From assembly GCA_000004695.1 (NCBI GenBank), contig CM000151.3, positions 2,080,001 to 2,144,000 of the forward strand: 64,000 nucleotides of DNA, written 5' to 3'. Shown piece by piece: positions 1-14,379 of the stretch; position 1 is the stretch's first letter; the number at the start of each line of letters is the position of its first letter. The notes beneath the pieces were generated by a model that made no database searches, was not told the origin of the DNA, and saw only the letters and a list, made by a program, of their open reading frames with translations. A program made the translations under genes and the position numbers. This stretch comes from Dictyostelium discoideum (taxonomy: Eukaryota).

Positions 1-535
1 GCTGCTTCTAAATGACCAATTGAACTTTTAATTGATCCAATTAATAATGGTTGTTGACTTAAGGTGGAATTATTTGAAGAATGTGTTTTAAAAACTCTTG
101 ACATTCCATCCAATTCAACTGGATCACCAGTTGGTGTACCGGTACCATGTGCTTCAATATAAACTATATCTTCAAGTTTCACAGTTCCATTGGTTGATGA
201 AAATGCATTATTAACATTATCAGCTTGTGATATTGATGATGGTGAATAAAAGTTTTGTTTATCTTTTAAACCGTTACCATCAACATTTGAACTTGCACCT
301 TTAATAACACAATAAATGTTATTACCATCTGCAACTGATTGTTTTAAACTCTTTAAAACTAATAACGCAACACCTTCTCCTCTAACGAATCCATCTGCAC
401 TTTCATCAAATGTCATACATTTGCCTTGACTTTTACTTAACATATTCAAATATGAAAAAGATTTTGATGAATTTGTTTCTAAAAATCATAAAATAAAATA
501 AAATATGTTAGTATTTAAAAAAGTTTAAAATAGAG

Positions 536-577
<42 letters not shown>

Positions 578-1242
578 ATACCAAATAATGAATTTACACC
601 TCCAACAATTGATAAATTTGAGAAACCACTTTTAATTGATTGATAGCCTAATCTTATTGCATTTAATGATGATGAACATGCAGTATCTATAGTTATTGAT
701 TCACCAGAGAAATCAAAACAATGTGATATACGATTTGCAATGGTACTTAATGCCGATCCAAAAACGTTTGTTTGTGTTGAATTTGGATTTTTGCTAATAT
801 CTTTATAATCAACTGATGTACAACCAATGAAAACTGATGTTTTTGAACCACGAATTTTGATTGGATCAATATTTGAATCTTCTAATGCTTCCCATGTACA
901 TTTTAATAATAATCTTTGTTGTGGATCAATAGTTGATACTTCAGATGGATTAATACCAAAAAATAATGGATCAAATGATTTCCATTCATCAAGTGGTAGT
1001 AAACCTGCATTTCCATTTGAAATTTCACCCAATTCATTAAAATTATCGCTCCATCTTTCAGTGGTTTTAACAACACCATCAAATCCATTCATTAAATTAT
1101 TCCATAATTCTTTTGTTGAATCATTTGATTTACTTAAATCTCCTGATGGTAATCTGAATCCAATTCCAATAATTGCAATATCATCCTCGTTTTCATTTGG
1201 TTTCGCTAGTTTATAAGATGATAAGTTAGTATTGTTTGTCAT
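1..1242 (-). CDS. Type I polyketide synthase, 5' part only (ketosynthase domain). The gene runs off the left edge. Exon 1 is 582..1242 with ATG at 1242; the intron is 481..581 (GTATGT...TTTTTAG); exon 2 is 1..480 (partial).
   Basis: Translation gives [15 protein letters not shown]...[16 protein letters not shown] (KS active-site Cys) ...GGVNSLF | ETNSSKSF...[16 protein letters not shown]...[10 protein letters not shown]...GHLEAA. It is about 90% nt-identical to the 5' end of the complete PKS at 55150..56401. The upstream part of ORF 508..1287 (MFFFLFL...) is poly(T)/intron read-through. Confidence 0.85.
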
Positions 1243-1847
1243 TATTAAAAAAAAAAGTGAAAAAGTTAAAAATAAAAAAAAAAACAAATTTAAAATGATA
1301 GAAAGTTAATTATTGTAAGGTTGAAAAAATAATGGAATACAAATAAAAATAATTTCTATTTAAATAATTGGGTACAAAAAAAAAAAAACTACATTTTAGG
1401 GAATTTACGATTTTAGATAGGTGTATGTCGTGAAAAAAAAAAAAAAATTTAATAAAAAAAAAAAAAAAAAGTCTTTTTGTCGGAAAAATGTATTATGAAA
1501 ATAAAAAATTAAACCCCACATTAACATATTAATTAATTATTGGATTCACACTAAAATGTTAAATTTTTTTTTTTTTTTTTTTTCAAAAATTCTTTAAATT
1601 TATAAAGATTTTCGAAAAAAATAAAAAATAAAAAAATAAAAAAAAAATCAAATAATTTTATTTGCCAAATCTCATTATATCTGAAATTAAATCTCTAATT
1701 TGAAAATATTTTTGTAAGCTTTATCTTTTGCTTGAAAATAATTTTTTACAAGATAAGAAAAATATATTTTGTTGTTTTTTTTTATGGGAGTAGATCAACC
1801 CAAACTTTTATTTTTTTTTTTTTTCTGGTCTGGTTTTATGAAACTCG

Positions 1848-1934
1848 TCAATGGGTTTGTTTTTGTTTTTTTAATTGTGGGTGTTGAGATTTTTGATAAA
1901 TTGGTTTAATATTTTGAAAATTATTTTCAATTTC

Positions 1935-1991
<57 letters not shown>

Positions 1992-2099
1992 TGGTTGTTG
2001 TTGTTGTTCATTTGGTTGTTTAGGTTGCTTTGGATGTTGGGGTTGTTGTGGCGGTTTTGCTTGTTTTGCTCGTTGTTCTCTTGGTAGTTTTGGTTGTTT

Positions 2100-2180
<81 letters not shown>

Positions 2181-2426
2181 TGGTTGTTGTTGTTGTTTTG
2201 GTTGTTTTGGTTGTTTTGGTAGTTTTGGTTGTGGTTGTTCTCTTGGTTGTTCTGTTTGTGTCGATTTTTGTTGTTGCTGTTGTTGTTGATATTGTTTAAG
2301 ATGCTGTTGGATTAAAGCTTGATCTTGGTCTTCCAACTCTTGTGTGGTTTGGTATTGAACCTGTTGTGCTTTCATTTCAAGTTCAGGTTTAAAATTATTA
2401 AACCTGTTTGATTTATTTTGATAATG

Positions 2427-2519
<93 letters not shown>

Positions 2520-3841
2520 ATTAAAAATACTATTTTTATTATTATATGAACTATTATTATATAAATTATTATTATATAAATTATTTAAACAATCTTTAAT
2601 ATCATCAGAAGATTGTAGTTTTAATTCTGAATTAAAGAAATGATTATTTCTAAAGGTATTAATTAATTTATATTTAAGAGGAGATATATTTCCGCTATTG
2701 TTATTGTTATTATTATTACTATTATTATTATTAAATAGCTCTTCATAAAATTCAATTGATCTATTTGGAAGTATATTAAAAAATAAAGTTGGAGAGAATT
2801 GTAATTGTGATTGTTGATAAGGTGTTAATTTTGATTTATCAGTTTTAGTATTAAATAGAGTTGTTAGAGTATCAATTGCATCTGATTTTCTAAATTCTTT
2901 CTCCATTCTCTTTCTATCCATTATATTAAAATGTGGTGTTTCCTTATAAATTGGATGATAAATGGTTGGAAATAAATGTTTATTCGAATAGTCAATTAAT
3001 AATATACCAAATAATAATGGTACTGGTGGTAATGGATTCTTTAAAATATTTGAATAATTTTGAATTTTTAATAATTCTCTTTCAATTTCACAAATATCAA
3101 AATTATTATCATTATTACTATTATTATTATTATTATTATTATTTAGAAATCTAATTGGAAAATTCTTAAAAACTTCTGATGAAATAACTGATTTAATTGG
3201 AAAACTAAAATTAAAATCATTACATTTACCACCAAAATAATTTATGTGCCAAATTAAACCATAAAGATAATGATTTAATAAAATGTCTTTTTTACTATAA
3301 GCTGCTGCTGTAGTTGTTGTTGTTGTTATTGTTTCCTTTTCATTCATTTTAACATCTCCATCTTCATTTTCAATTTCATTTTCAATTTCATTCTCATTTT
3401 CAATTTCATTCTCATTTTCAATTTCATTTTCTTCAAAATCTTCATCTTCGTCTTGATTATCATCTTCATCTTCATCATTCTCATTACAACCATCATCCTC
3501 TTCTTCACTATTATCATCAGCATCATTATCATTACAACCATTTTTAACAGAAGTGAATAAATTGTATAATTTATAAATATATTTCTCTTTAATAATATTT
3601 ATATTTGATTCCCAAAATGGATGATTTATAGATAAAAATGATCTAATTAAATAATCTATATCATTTGATGAATCTACTATTTTATTTTCAATGATGATAT
3701 TATATCTTGTTTTTATTTTACTATTACTACCATTTCCCTTATCTTTTTCACATTTAAAATTTTGAGTTGGTTGACTTATTCCTTTTGATAAACAATAATA
3801 ATTACCTGCGTTATTAAATAATGATTTTAATATTTGAGGTG

Positions 3842-3937
<96 letters not shown>

Positions 3938-3970
3938 GCTGTTGCTGTTGTTGATTATTGTTAACATCGC

Positions 3971-4055
<85 letters not shown>

Positions 4056-5389
4056 AAAACGATTACGATAAAATAAACGTGGTTGTGAAGATTTTCCAAT
4101 TAATCTAAATAATAAATCTAAATTTATTAAACCTGTTTCTTCATTATATAATGGTTTCTTAATTTTACAATATTCACTCCATGCTGAGCCTATATTATAT
4201 GATGATACTTTTGGTAAATGATCAGTACCCATTAAAAATGTTAACATTACGAAATCAACTATTGCTTGTCTTCTTTTACTAATATCTTCTTCTTCCTCTT
4301 CTTCTTCCTCCTCTTCTTCTTCAATTTGCACCCCTTCTTCTTTTTCCTCTGTTGCTATTCCTTCACCTTCTCCTTCCACTTCTCCTCCTGATTTTTTTTG
4401 TTGTTTTTGTTTTTTTTGTTTCTTTTTATAACATTGTTGATAAATTTTATCTCTAATTTTATCAATTTTAATAATTTCTTCAGAATCTTTATTATAAATA
4501 TAAACATTTTTATATTTTGATAATAATGAAAATAATAAAATATCTGAATCACTAATAATAATAATAATAATAATAAAAATAATATTAATAAATGATTGAT
4601 GATAAACTATTATTATTATTGTTATTATTATTATTTTAATTAATACATACCTTGAAACTATTGTAAATGAATCATTTATTGGATAATTTGAATTTAAAAT
4701 TTGTTCGAAAATTTTAAATTCTCCTTCACCAATTCTATCAGATGCAGAAATAAAAATCTTTTTTGCAAAATATAATTTATTCTTTGTATAAAATATTAAA
4801 AAATCTTTTAATTTACCCATAAATGTAGTACCTGGTGTGAATTCTAATGTTGAGAATGAGCTATCAAATGATTTTAAATCATTTTCATTTAAATAATCAT
4901 AATCGTGAAGTTGAGGTGATTGTTGTTGTTGCTGTTGTTGCTGTTGTTGTTGCTCTTTATTTCTATTTATAAAATATTTTAATTTATCTATATTCCCATT
5001 CTATATAATAATAAATAATAATAATAATAATAAAAATGTTGTATACTACTATTAGTAATTGATGTATATATTTTATATTTTATATTTTATATTTTTACCT
5101 TTAATCTTCTTTCTCTTTGTAATATCATTTTTGATCTAGGACCAGGACCATCAATACCAAAGAATACGGAATGTTTAACACGAACTTTTCTTAAAATTCC
5201 ATCTATAAAAGATTTTAATATTCTAAAAACATTTACTTCTGTATTTAATTTGGAATTATCTCCCCTTTTAACTGATTTATGTAAATAATTATTTAAATCT
5301 ATATATACATGATCGGTGGTAATTTCTTTTACTTTTTCAACACAACCAAATTGTTTACCCATGAATAAATTTAATCCCTCAATACCCAT
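1848..5389 (-). CDS. Divergent XRN-family 5'-3' exoribonuclease-like protein with N/Q-rich insertions. Three exons: 5099..5389 (ATG at 5389), 4651..5000 and 1848..4551. Introns are 5001..5098 and 4552..4650.
   Basis: Exon 1 reads MGIEGL...DLNNYLH...GIDGPGPRSKMILQRERR (XRN N-terminal DG.APRAKMNQQR.RR). Exon 2 reads ...FDSSFSTLEFTPGTTFMGKLKDF...SASDRIGEGEFKI (FDSN.ITPGT.FM; GEGEHKI motif with H replaced by F). Exon 3 reads SDSDILLFSLL (GADADL), FVMLTFLMGTDHLP (FFVGNDFLP) and HYLYGLIWHINYFGGKCNDF (W.YYP.HY). Splice junctions keep frame, with GTAAAA and GTATGT donors. Long (CAA)n and (AAT)n coding tracts. Confidence 0.7.
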
Positions 5390-5672
5390 TTTATTTTATT
5401 TTATTTTCTTTTTTTTTTTTTATTATATATATATTATTACGTTTTTTTTTTTTTTTTTTTAATTTTTTTTTTAAAAAGTTTATGGCGAATCGGATTCCTA
5501 ATACACAAAAATAAATAAAAATAATAAACAAAAAATAAAAAAATAAAAATGTAAAAAAAAATAAAAAAATAAAAAATGTAAAAAAAATAAAAAAAAAAAT
5601 AAATTTTCGTTTTTTCTATTTTTTTTTATTTTCAATTTTTAATCAAACCGTTACCAAACTGTTATTTTTCTT

Positions 5673-5717
<45 letters not shown>

Positions 5718-5727
5718 TATTATTATT

Positions 5728-7495
5728 TTATAAAGAGGTACCACTAAATATGGAGAAAGGGTTAGATGGAGTATTCTGATTTTGATTTATTGTGATTGGT
5801 GACCACTCTCCAAATAATGATTGTGATTGTGACTGTGATTGTGGTTGTGTTTGTGGTTGTGACAATTGATTAAATTGTTTTGTTGGATTATTTTGTTGTT
5901 GAACTGATAATGGCCCAAATGATGTAAAAGGTAGTTGTTGTTGCTGTTGTATTTGTTGTTGTTCATTTTCATCATCTTTAAAGTTTGAAATTGTATTAAA
6001 CATTTCCCTTAATGATTTCAAATTACCTTGATTATCATTGTTTTTAATGTTATCATCATCTTCCTCATCTTCATTATTATTATTATTATTATTGTTGTTA
6101 TTGTTATTATTATTATTATTTTTATCAGAAGTTGAGGTTGTTGTTGTTGTAGTTGTGAATATTGATTTATTTGATAACTTTTGAATTTGATTTTGAATTT
6201 GATTTTGAATTTGATTTTGTTGTTGTTGGTGTTCTAGTATTAAAACTCTTTTCATTAAATCTTGAATTAATTTATCCTTTTTTTTATTCTCTTTATAGAA
6301 AGAATCTCTAGTTAATGAATTTGAATGTTTTATTATTGAAATTTCGAAATTCTGATTCACATTATTTTGTTGAATTATAGTTTCAAGTTTTTTAATTTTA
6401 TTTTCTTGTTTCTTTAATACAATCGATACCAATTCATTATGATATTGATGATTTCTAATGAAATGTTTTGATAATTCACTCCTTTTCATTAATTCATTAC
6501 ATGGTGATAATGGTATTATTGATGATGATAAAGATGATGATGATAATGATTGATTTGAGTTGTTTTCATCACTATCATTATTATCATTATCATTATTATT
6601 ATTATTATAAATAATTTTTAATGATTTAAATGGACATTCAATTTTAATTTCTTTACAATGATTTTCAATATGATTTTGTAATTTTAATCTTGTAAATTGT
6701 AAAGAACAATGTTGACAAGTAATTAAAACTTTTAAACATTCAAAGAGGATATGACCTTGCATTTGTTTCATTTGAACAGATTCATCACAATGGGTACATT
6801 TTTGAATGATGAAATCACATTGACTTTCATGTTTATCCCTTTCATTAAATCTAATTATTTCATTACATTGATTATTTATTGAACATTTGATAAATCTAAA
6901 TTCACATTTACTTTCATGTCTATCAATTTCATCAATTGTAATAATTTCTTTACATCCATTAAAGTTATTACTATTATCAAAATTTAAATAATTTGGACAA
7001 TGAATCTGCAATAATAAATTTTGAAATTATTAAATTGTTAAATATGTTAATTTTAATATTAATTTTTTTTTTGGAAAATGTGAATGTGTGTGTGTTGGGA
7101 AGCGTGAGATTCAACTTGGGAAATTTTATTTTATTTTTTTTTTTTTAAAAAAAGATTTATTTAATATATATAAAAGTTACTTTAATAGATTCAGATATTG
7201 ATTTAATAATAAATAAATTATTTGAAAGAGTATTCATTGATTGAATTTGAATTCTGCAAGTTGGACATTCACTTTTAATTTCTAATATACTTTCCCAACA
7301 AGTTAAACAAAAACAATGACCATTAATACATTGTAATGCTTTCATTCTATTTGGTATTAAACTACTAATAAGTAAACCTTCACAAATTTGACATTTAAAA
7401 TTATCTGAAAATGAAATTTCTTTTAAATTATTTTCTATACTTTCATTTTTTATTATTATAAGTTTATAAATTGGTATATCTCTACCCAATTTCAT
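5728..7495 (-). CDS. RING-finger + TRAF-type zinc-finger protein (TRAF-like). Exons 7181..7495 and 5728..7005; intron 7006..7180.
   Basis: Exon 1 reads MKLGRDIPIY...CQICEGLL...CINGHCFCLTCW...CPTCR (C3HC4 RING). Exon 2 reads IHCPNYLNF...repeated C-x-C...H...C TRAF-type fingers, a coiled coil KQENKIKKLETI, and N- and Q-rich tails. Donor GTAACT after ...SISESIK; acceptor TTATTGCAG. Confidence 0.7.
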
Positions 7496-7957
7496 TATTT
7501 TTTTTTTAATATTTATTTTTTAATTTTCTTTTTTAGTAAAAAAAAAAAGAGAAAATGGAAAAAAAAAAAATAATAATAAAAAAAGGTAAGTTGAAAAAAA
7601 AAAAAAAAAAAAATTAAAAATTAAAAAATTACTTTTTTATCAATAGATCTGTTTTGAAGTTTATTTAATAATTATTTTATATTATTATAGAGTATTTATC
7701 AATAATCTATAACTATTTTTTTGGAATTAAAAAAAATTAAAAAAATTAAAAAAACATATCAGAATAAAAAATTTAAAAATATCAAAAAAAGAATAATAAT
7801 AGGATTTTTATTAAAGCTTTAATCACATCAGAATTAAATTACCATTTAAAGGGCTTTAATTCTAAAAAAAAAAAAAAAAATGAAATAAATAAAAAACATT
7901 TTTAAAAATTAAAATAAAATGAATAAAATGAAATAAACCAAAAATTTTAAAAAAAAA

Positions 7958-8030
7958 CAGATAATATATTTTATTTTATTTTATTTTATTTTATTTTATT
8001 TTGTTTTATTTTATTTTATTACTATAATTT
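7958..8030. repeat. (TTTTA)n pentanucleotide microsatellite.
   Basis: attttattttattttattttattttattttgttttattttattttatt. Confidence 0.85.
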
Positions 8031-8079
8031 TTTATAGTATTTATACTATTACAGATATTAAATCTTGAGATTAGAATGA

Positions 8080-9768
8080 TTAAGGTGTATTAGTACCACC
8101 AGATAAATTGATATGATTACTACCATTTATACTACCATTACTACTACTACTTGGAATACTTCCACCATTGTTATTATTATTATTAATAATTGGTGATTGT
8201 GGCATACCAGTACTACCATTAATTAATTGAGGTATTGATTGTTGTGGTACATTCATTGCTTGTAATAATAAATCCAATTTAGTATTTAAAATATTAATAT
8301 TTTGTTGAATTGACTCAAATTTCTTCTTTTCCTTTATTTTAGCTTCCTTTTTCCAAGTATCTAAATCTTTTTTATGAACTTGTTGACCCATTAATTTCAA
8401 TTCAAAAGTTACACCAGTATTTTTAGCGGATTGAATTTGATCCAAATACTTTATTCTTGCCCTTTGAACTTTCATTAATAAATCTGCATAATCACATAAT
8501 GTCTCCTTCATCCTTAATACTTGGTTGAATTATCATAATTTCATCTTTAAATCTCGATGGATCAATACCATCAGTTTCAATTAAACCTGGCTTTTGATCA
8601 ATAAACATTAACACTAAATCATAAATGTCAAGTGAATTTGGAGTGAATAATAATAACAATGATTTCATTGTTCTCTCCCATCTAGTTAATAAATATCTCT
8701 TTGTTTTTTGTTTCTTTTCAAATGTATTACTAATATTTTGATAAGAATCTGAAATGATTGCAACAAACATATTAACTAAAATGAAAAACATAAAAATTGT
8801 AAATAATAAATAATACTATATATAATAACATCAAAAAAATAAAATAAAATATAATTATTAGTATATCTTTAATAATAATAATAGTAATAATTATAATTAT
8901 ACTTACAATTGGACCTAATGCTCTATTTGTATATGACATTGCTTCATAATCTGGTGGATTACCAATAATGAATTGTAATAATGTACCAAGACTAGTAACG
9001 AAGCCATTGAATGAGGCAATATCAGTACCAAAAGTTAACCAACCTGAAAATAAGAAACCCAACATCATAATACAAAACATAATTGTAAATGTAATTAATT
9101 GAAGTCTAGATTGTGAAATTGCAATCCATAAAATATATAATCTTCTATGTACTACTAAAAATCTAAATGTTTTAAATGACATTAATAAAATATCTTAATA
9201 ATAAAAATAAAAAATAAAAAATTAAAATTAATAAAACTAAATAATATTAAAATAGGTATTTTAAAAAATAATAAAAAATAATAATTACTAATTGCAGAAA
9301 TTTGGTATAAAACCAATGCAGTTTGACCTAAATTTTCAAGATATAATGGATAATCAGTAGTAGTTTGAATTTGAGAATTAATATTTAAATCTCTTGAATT
9401 GTCCCCTAAAAATGCTAAATATAATGCAATTGAAGCAATAAATAACTATTAAAAAAAAAAAAAAAAAAAGAAAATTAGTACTTTTTTATTTTTTATTTTA
9501 TTTTATTTTATTTTTTATGTAAACTTACAGTTAAATTTATAACATCGAAAATATTCTTAAAATTTGAAATATAGAATTTAAATCTACCCAATTTAAAGTC
9601 AATTCTAGCTTCATTAACAAAGTAATAGAAATAATATAAAATAAAAATAAAAAAGGAAACTTCTAAAAATCCTCTAAATTTATCCAATGCATCCATATAT
9701 AATTGAATTCTATAAGTTCTAATTGAATAATAGGGATTAACTGATCCTGATGCTGTCCACTCTGTTAA

Positions 9769-9808
<40 letters not shown>

Positions 9809-10097
9809 AGTTTTTTTTATTTTATTTTATTTATATAAAAATTATTAATTATTAATTATATTACCATTGTAAATACTGAAGTTCTAGATTGGAAATTTAA
9901 ATTTAATGTTGAGAATGAAATTATAACAGATCTAGTTTGAATATCGAAAAAACCATTATCAATTAATGATTCAACCCCTGTTTTAATATCTGAAACTGGT
10001 ATATCAATATAATATCCACTACGATCCCATACATATTGATTATGACCTAATTTTATTATTATCATTATTTTTGGTAAATTATTTATTTAATTAATAA

Positions 10098-10147
<50 letters not shown>

Positions 10148-10413
10148 CAAAAAAACATACCAAAAACATAAGAACCATGTGAATTTGAAGTATAGGTATA
10201 CATATCATTAGGACCAAATGGTGATCTATCTTTTGTATCTTTATCATAATTATTTGAGTAACATGTTAAATTAAAACCATTATTACTACATGAATCAGGT
10301 TTTACTCTTGCAGTTCTAATTCTAATTACATTTCCAATAATTTTATTCATTGCATCATTATTTTCCAATGACATATCTGATATTGATTCACAAAATGTTG
10401 AATTTAAATACTG

Positions 10414-10453
<40 letters not shown>

Positions 10454-10794
10454 AGTAAAATTTATTAAATTAAATAAATATTAAAATAATATTATTTACA
10501 GTTATAAAATCAGATGGATTATTAATTTCAAGGTATTGGCTATCTTGACTAAATAAAATTTGATTTTTTAGGGATGTATTGATAATGAATAATGATTGAG
10601 GATTTAATTGAAGTACAACGATTAATACGAATACAACAAAGAATACAAGGTGAATAATTAAATCTTTAACTAATCTTGCATTTCTTTGAGTTTCAACTGC
10701 TGCCAATAATGTTGCTTTCTCTTCTCTGGTTTTATTCTCTAATGCTTTAACAGCTTCAAGTCTTTGAGAGAAAACTGTCCTCTTTAATGTATTC

Positions 10795-10796
<2 letters not shown>
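8080..10796 (-). CDS. pkd2: Polycystin-2 / TRPP-type cation channel. Six exons are resolved confidently: 10500..10796 (ATG at 10796), 10161..10410, 9865..10046, 9529..9768, 9289..9445 and 8907..9193, plus a seventh exon at about 8815..8492. ORF 8080..8511 (coiled-coil tail) overlaps it in the +1 frame.
   Basis: TM1 LIIHLVFFVVFVLIVV; polycystin loop CESISDMSLENN...; FFIFILYYFYYFVNEARI / YISNFKNIFDVINLTV matching PKD2 TM2-TM3; MSFKTFRFLVVHRRLY...ITFTIMFCIMMLGFLFSGWLTFGTDIASFNGFVTSLGTLLQFIIGNPPDYEAMSYTNRALGPI | YYLLFTIFMFFILVNMFVAIISDSYQ (pore helix + TM6, compare PKD2 ...[40 protein letters not shown]). Donors GTAAAT, GTATGT, GTAATA, GTAAGT, GTAATT and GTAAGT with matching phases. The symbol is inferred from D. 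discoideum having a single PKD2 homologue. Line 8761 of my reading is offset by 1 nt from the ORF track. Confidence 0.75.
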
Positions 10797-10843
<47 letters not shown>

Positions 10844-12079
10844 TTTATATTATTAAATTCGAATAGGTTGAAATATAAATATAAAAAAGGATAAAAATTA
10901 ATATATGAAAAAAAAAAAAATTATAAAAAGGAGGGAGATAAAAGTGAAAAAGTCTTTTTTTCTTTTTTTCTTTTTTTTTTTTTTTTTTGAATTTTATGTT
11001 TTTTTTTTTTTTTTTTTAATTTTTTTTTTTTTTCCTATTTTTTTATTTTATATTATTTTAATTTTATATTTTGATTTTTTTTTTTTTTTGATTTTTTGAT
11101 TTTTTAATTGATCAATAATAAATTTAAAAATAGAACAGACTTTAAAAAAAAACTTAAAAAAAAAATAATAAAAATAAAAAAAAATAAAAATAAAACAATT
11201 TAAAAAAAAAATATAAATAATAAAATTAATTTTACATTTTTTTTAGTCAAATTATTGTTTAAATATTTAAACAATAAAATTTACCACACAAAAAGTTGTT
11301 TATTTTTTTTTTTTTTTTTTTTTTAAGTGATAAAAAAAGAAAAAAAATAAATAAAAAAAAAAAAAAATAAAAAAAAAACAAAAAAAAATTAAAAAAAAAA
11401 AAATGTAATTTTAGTAACCCCCTTGATTGGGTCAGTCTTCTATTTTTAGGAAATTAGAGAACTTAAAAAAAATAAGTTGTGAAAATAAGGTTGTATAAAA
11501 AAAAAAATAAAAAAAATTAAAAAAAAATGAAAATTTTTGGTAATGGTTTGTCGTTGCATGAAAGAGAAAAAAAAAAAAAAAAAAAGATATTTTCATTTGG
11601 AAAAAAAAAATTTTTTTAAAAAATATTGATGAAAACATTAAAATCTAACACTCAAAAAAAAAAAAAAATGAAAATACATTTTTAATTTTAGTTTAATTTT
11701 TTTATAGAAAAATAAAAAAAAAAAAAAAAATGGTGAATGTAATCATTCTAGTTCGTCAAAATAAAAAAACAATCAGAAAAAATGGATGATAAAAAATTTT
11801 AAAAATAAAATAAAAAAAAAAAAAAAAAAAATTCAAAAAAACAGAATGGTTATATTCATTTTTTTTATGTATAATATCATTTTGTTTATTTTTGAGTGAT
11901 CTATTTTTAAATACTAAATCCATATTAAAAATAAATATAATTAAATCAATGTGTGACAAAAAAAAAAATAAAAAAAAAATAAAAACAAAAAAAAAAAAAA
12001 AATTAAAATATTTTTTTGCAATGATTAAATTTTTATTTTTCCGTATTTTTTTATTTTTTTTTTTTTTAATTTGCCAAAA

Positions 12080-14128
<2,049 letters not shown>

Positions 14129-14379
14129 AAAAAATATAGTAATTATAATAATAATTATTTATTAATAAATAAAAATAAAAACTTTTTTAATTTTTTTTTT
14201 TTTAAATTATAAAAGGAAATTTTAATGTCGCTTTATTTCATTTTTTTTTTTTTTTTTTATTCGGATTACTATTTGATTTAAATTTAAATTTCTTTTACTT
14301 TTTTTTTTTTGAATTTCTTTTTTTTTTTTTGACTTTTTTTTTTTTTTTTTATTATTATTAAAAACTATTAAAATATTAA

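Noticed and set aside
508-600. The N-terminal MFFFLFLTF... part of ORF 508..1287, and the C-terminal FGMFFFFFF part.
   Set aside because: These are poly(A)/poly(T) intron and 5'-flank sequence read through by the ORF finder. The real exon is 582..1242, with a GTATGT donor at 581.
1875-4099. Plus- and minus-strand ORFs 1875..2087 (poly-Leu), 2030..2299 (poly-Val), 3344..3541 (poly-Met/Lys), 3827..4099 (poly-Ile) and 3843..4076 (poly-Leu/Ile).
   Set aside because: These are alternative-frame or antisense readings of the (CAA)n, (AAT)n and (TCA)n coding repeats of the XRN-like gene. They are homopolymeric with no independent support.
8772-8906. C-terminal SIIIIITIIIIKDIL... part of ORF 8772..9182, and the MFFILVNM start of ORF 8492..8791.
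   Set aside because: This is intron 8816..8906 (GTAAGT...ATAG) read through. The true exon junction joins ...ALGPI to YYLLFTIFMFFILVNMF..., as expected for a polycystin TM6.
11400-11470. A GC-containing island (taaccccct tgattgggtcagtc) and other short G/C patches (19600..19660, 57230..57300) were screened as possible tRNA or snRNA genes.
   Set aside because: No cloverleaf-compatible stems, no GTTCGAATC T-loop box or A/B box spacing, and no Sm site were found. They are treated as unremarkable intergenic sequence.
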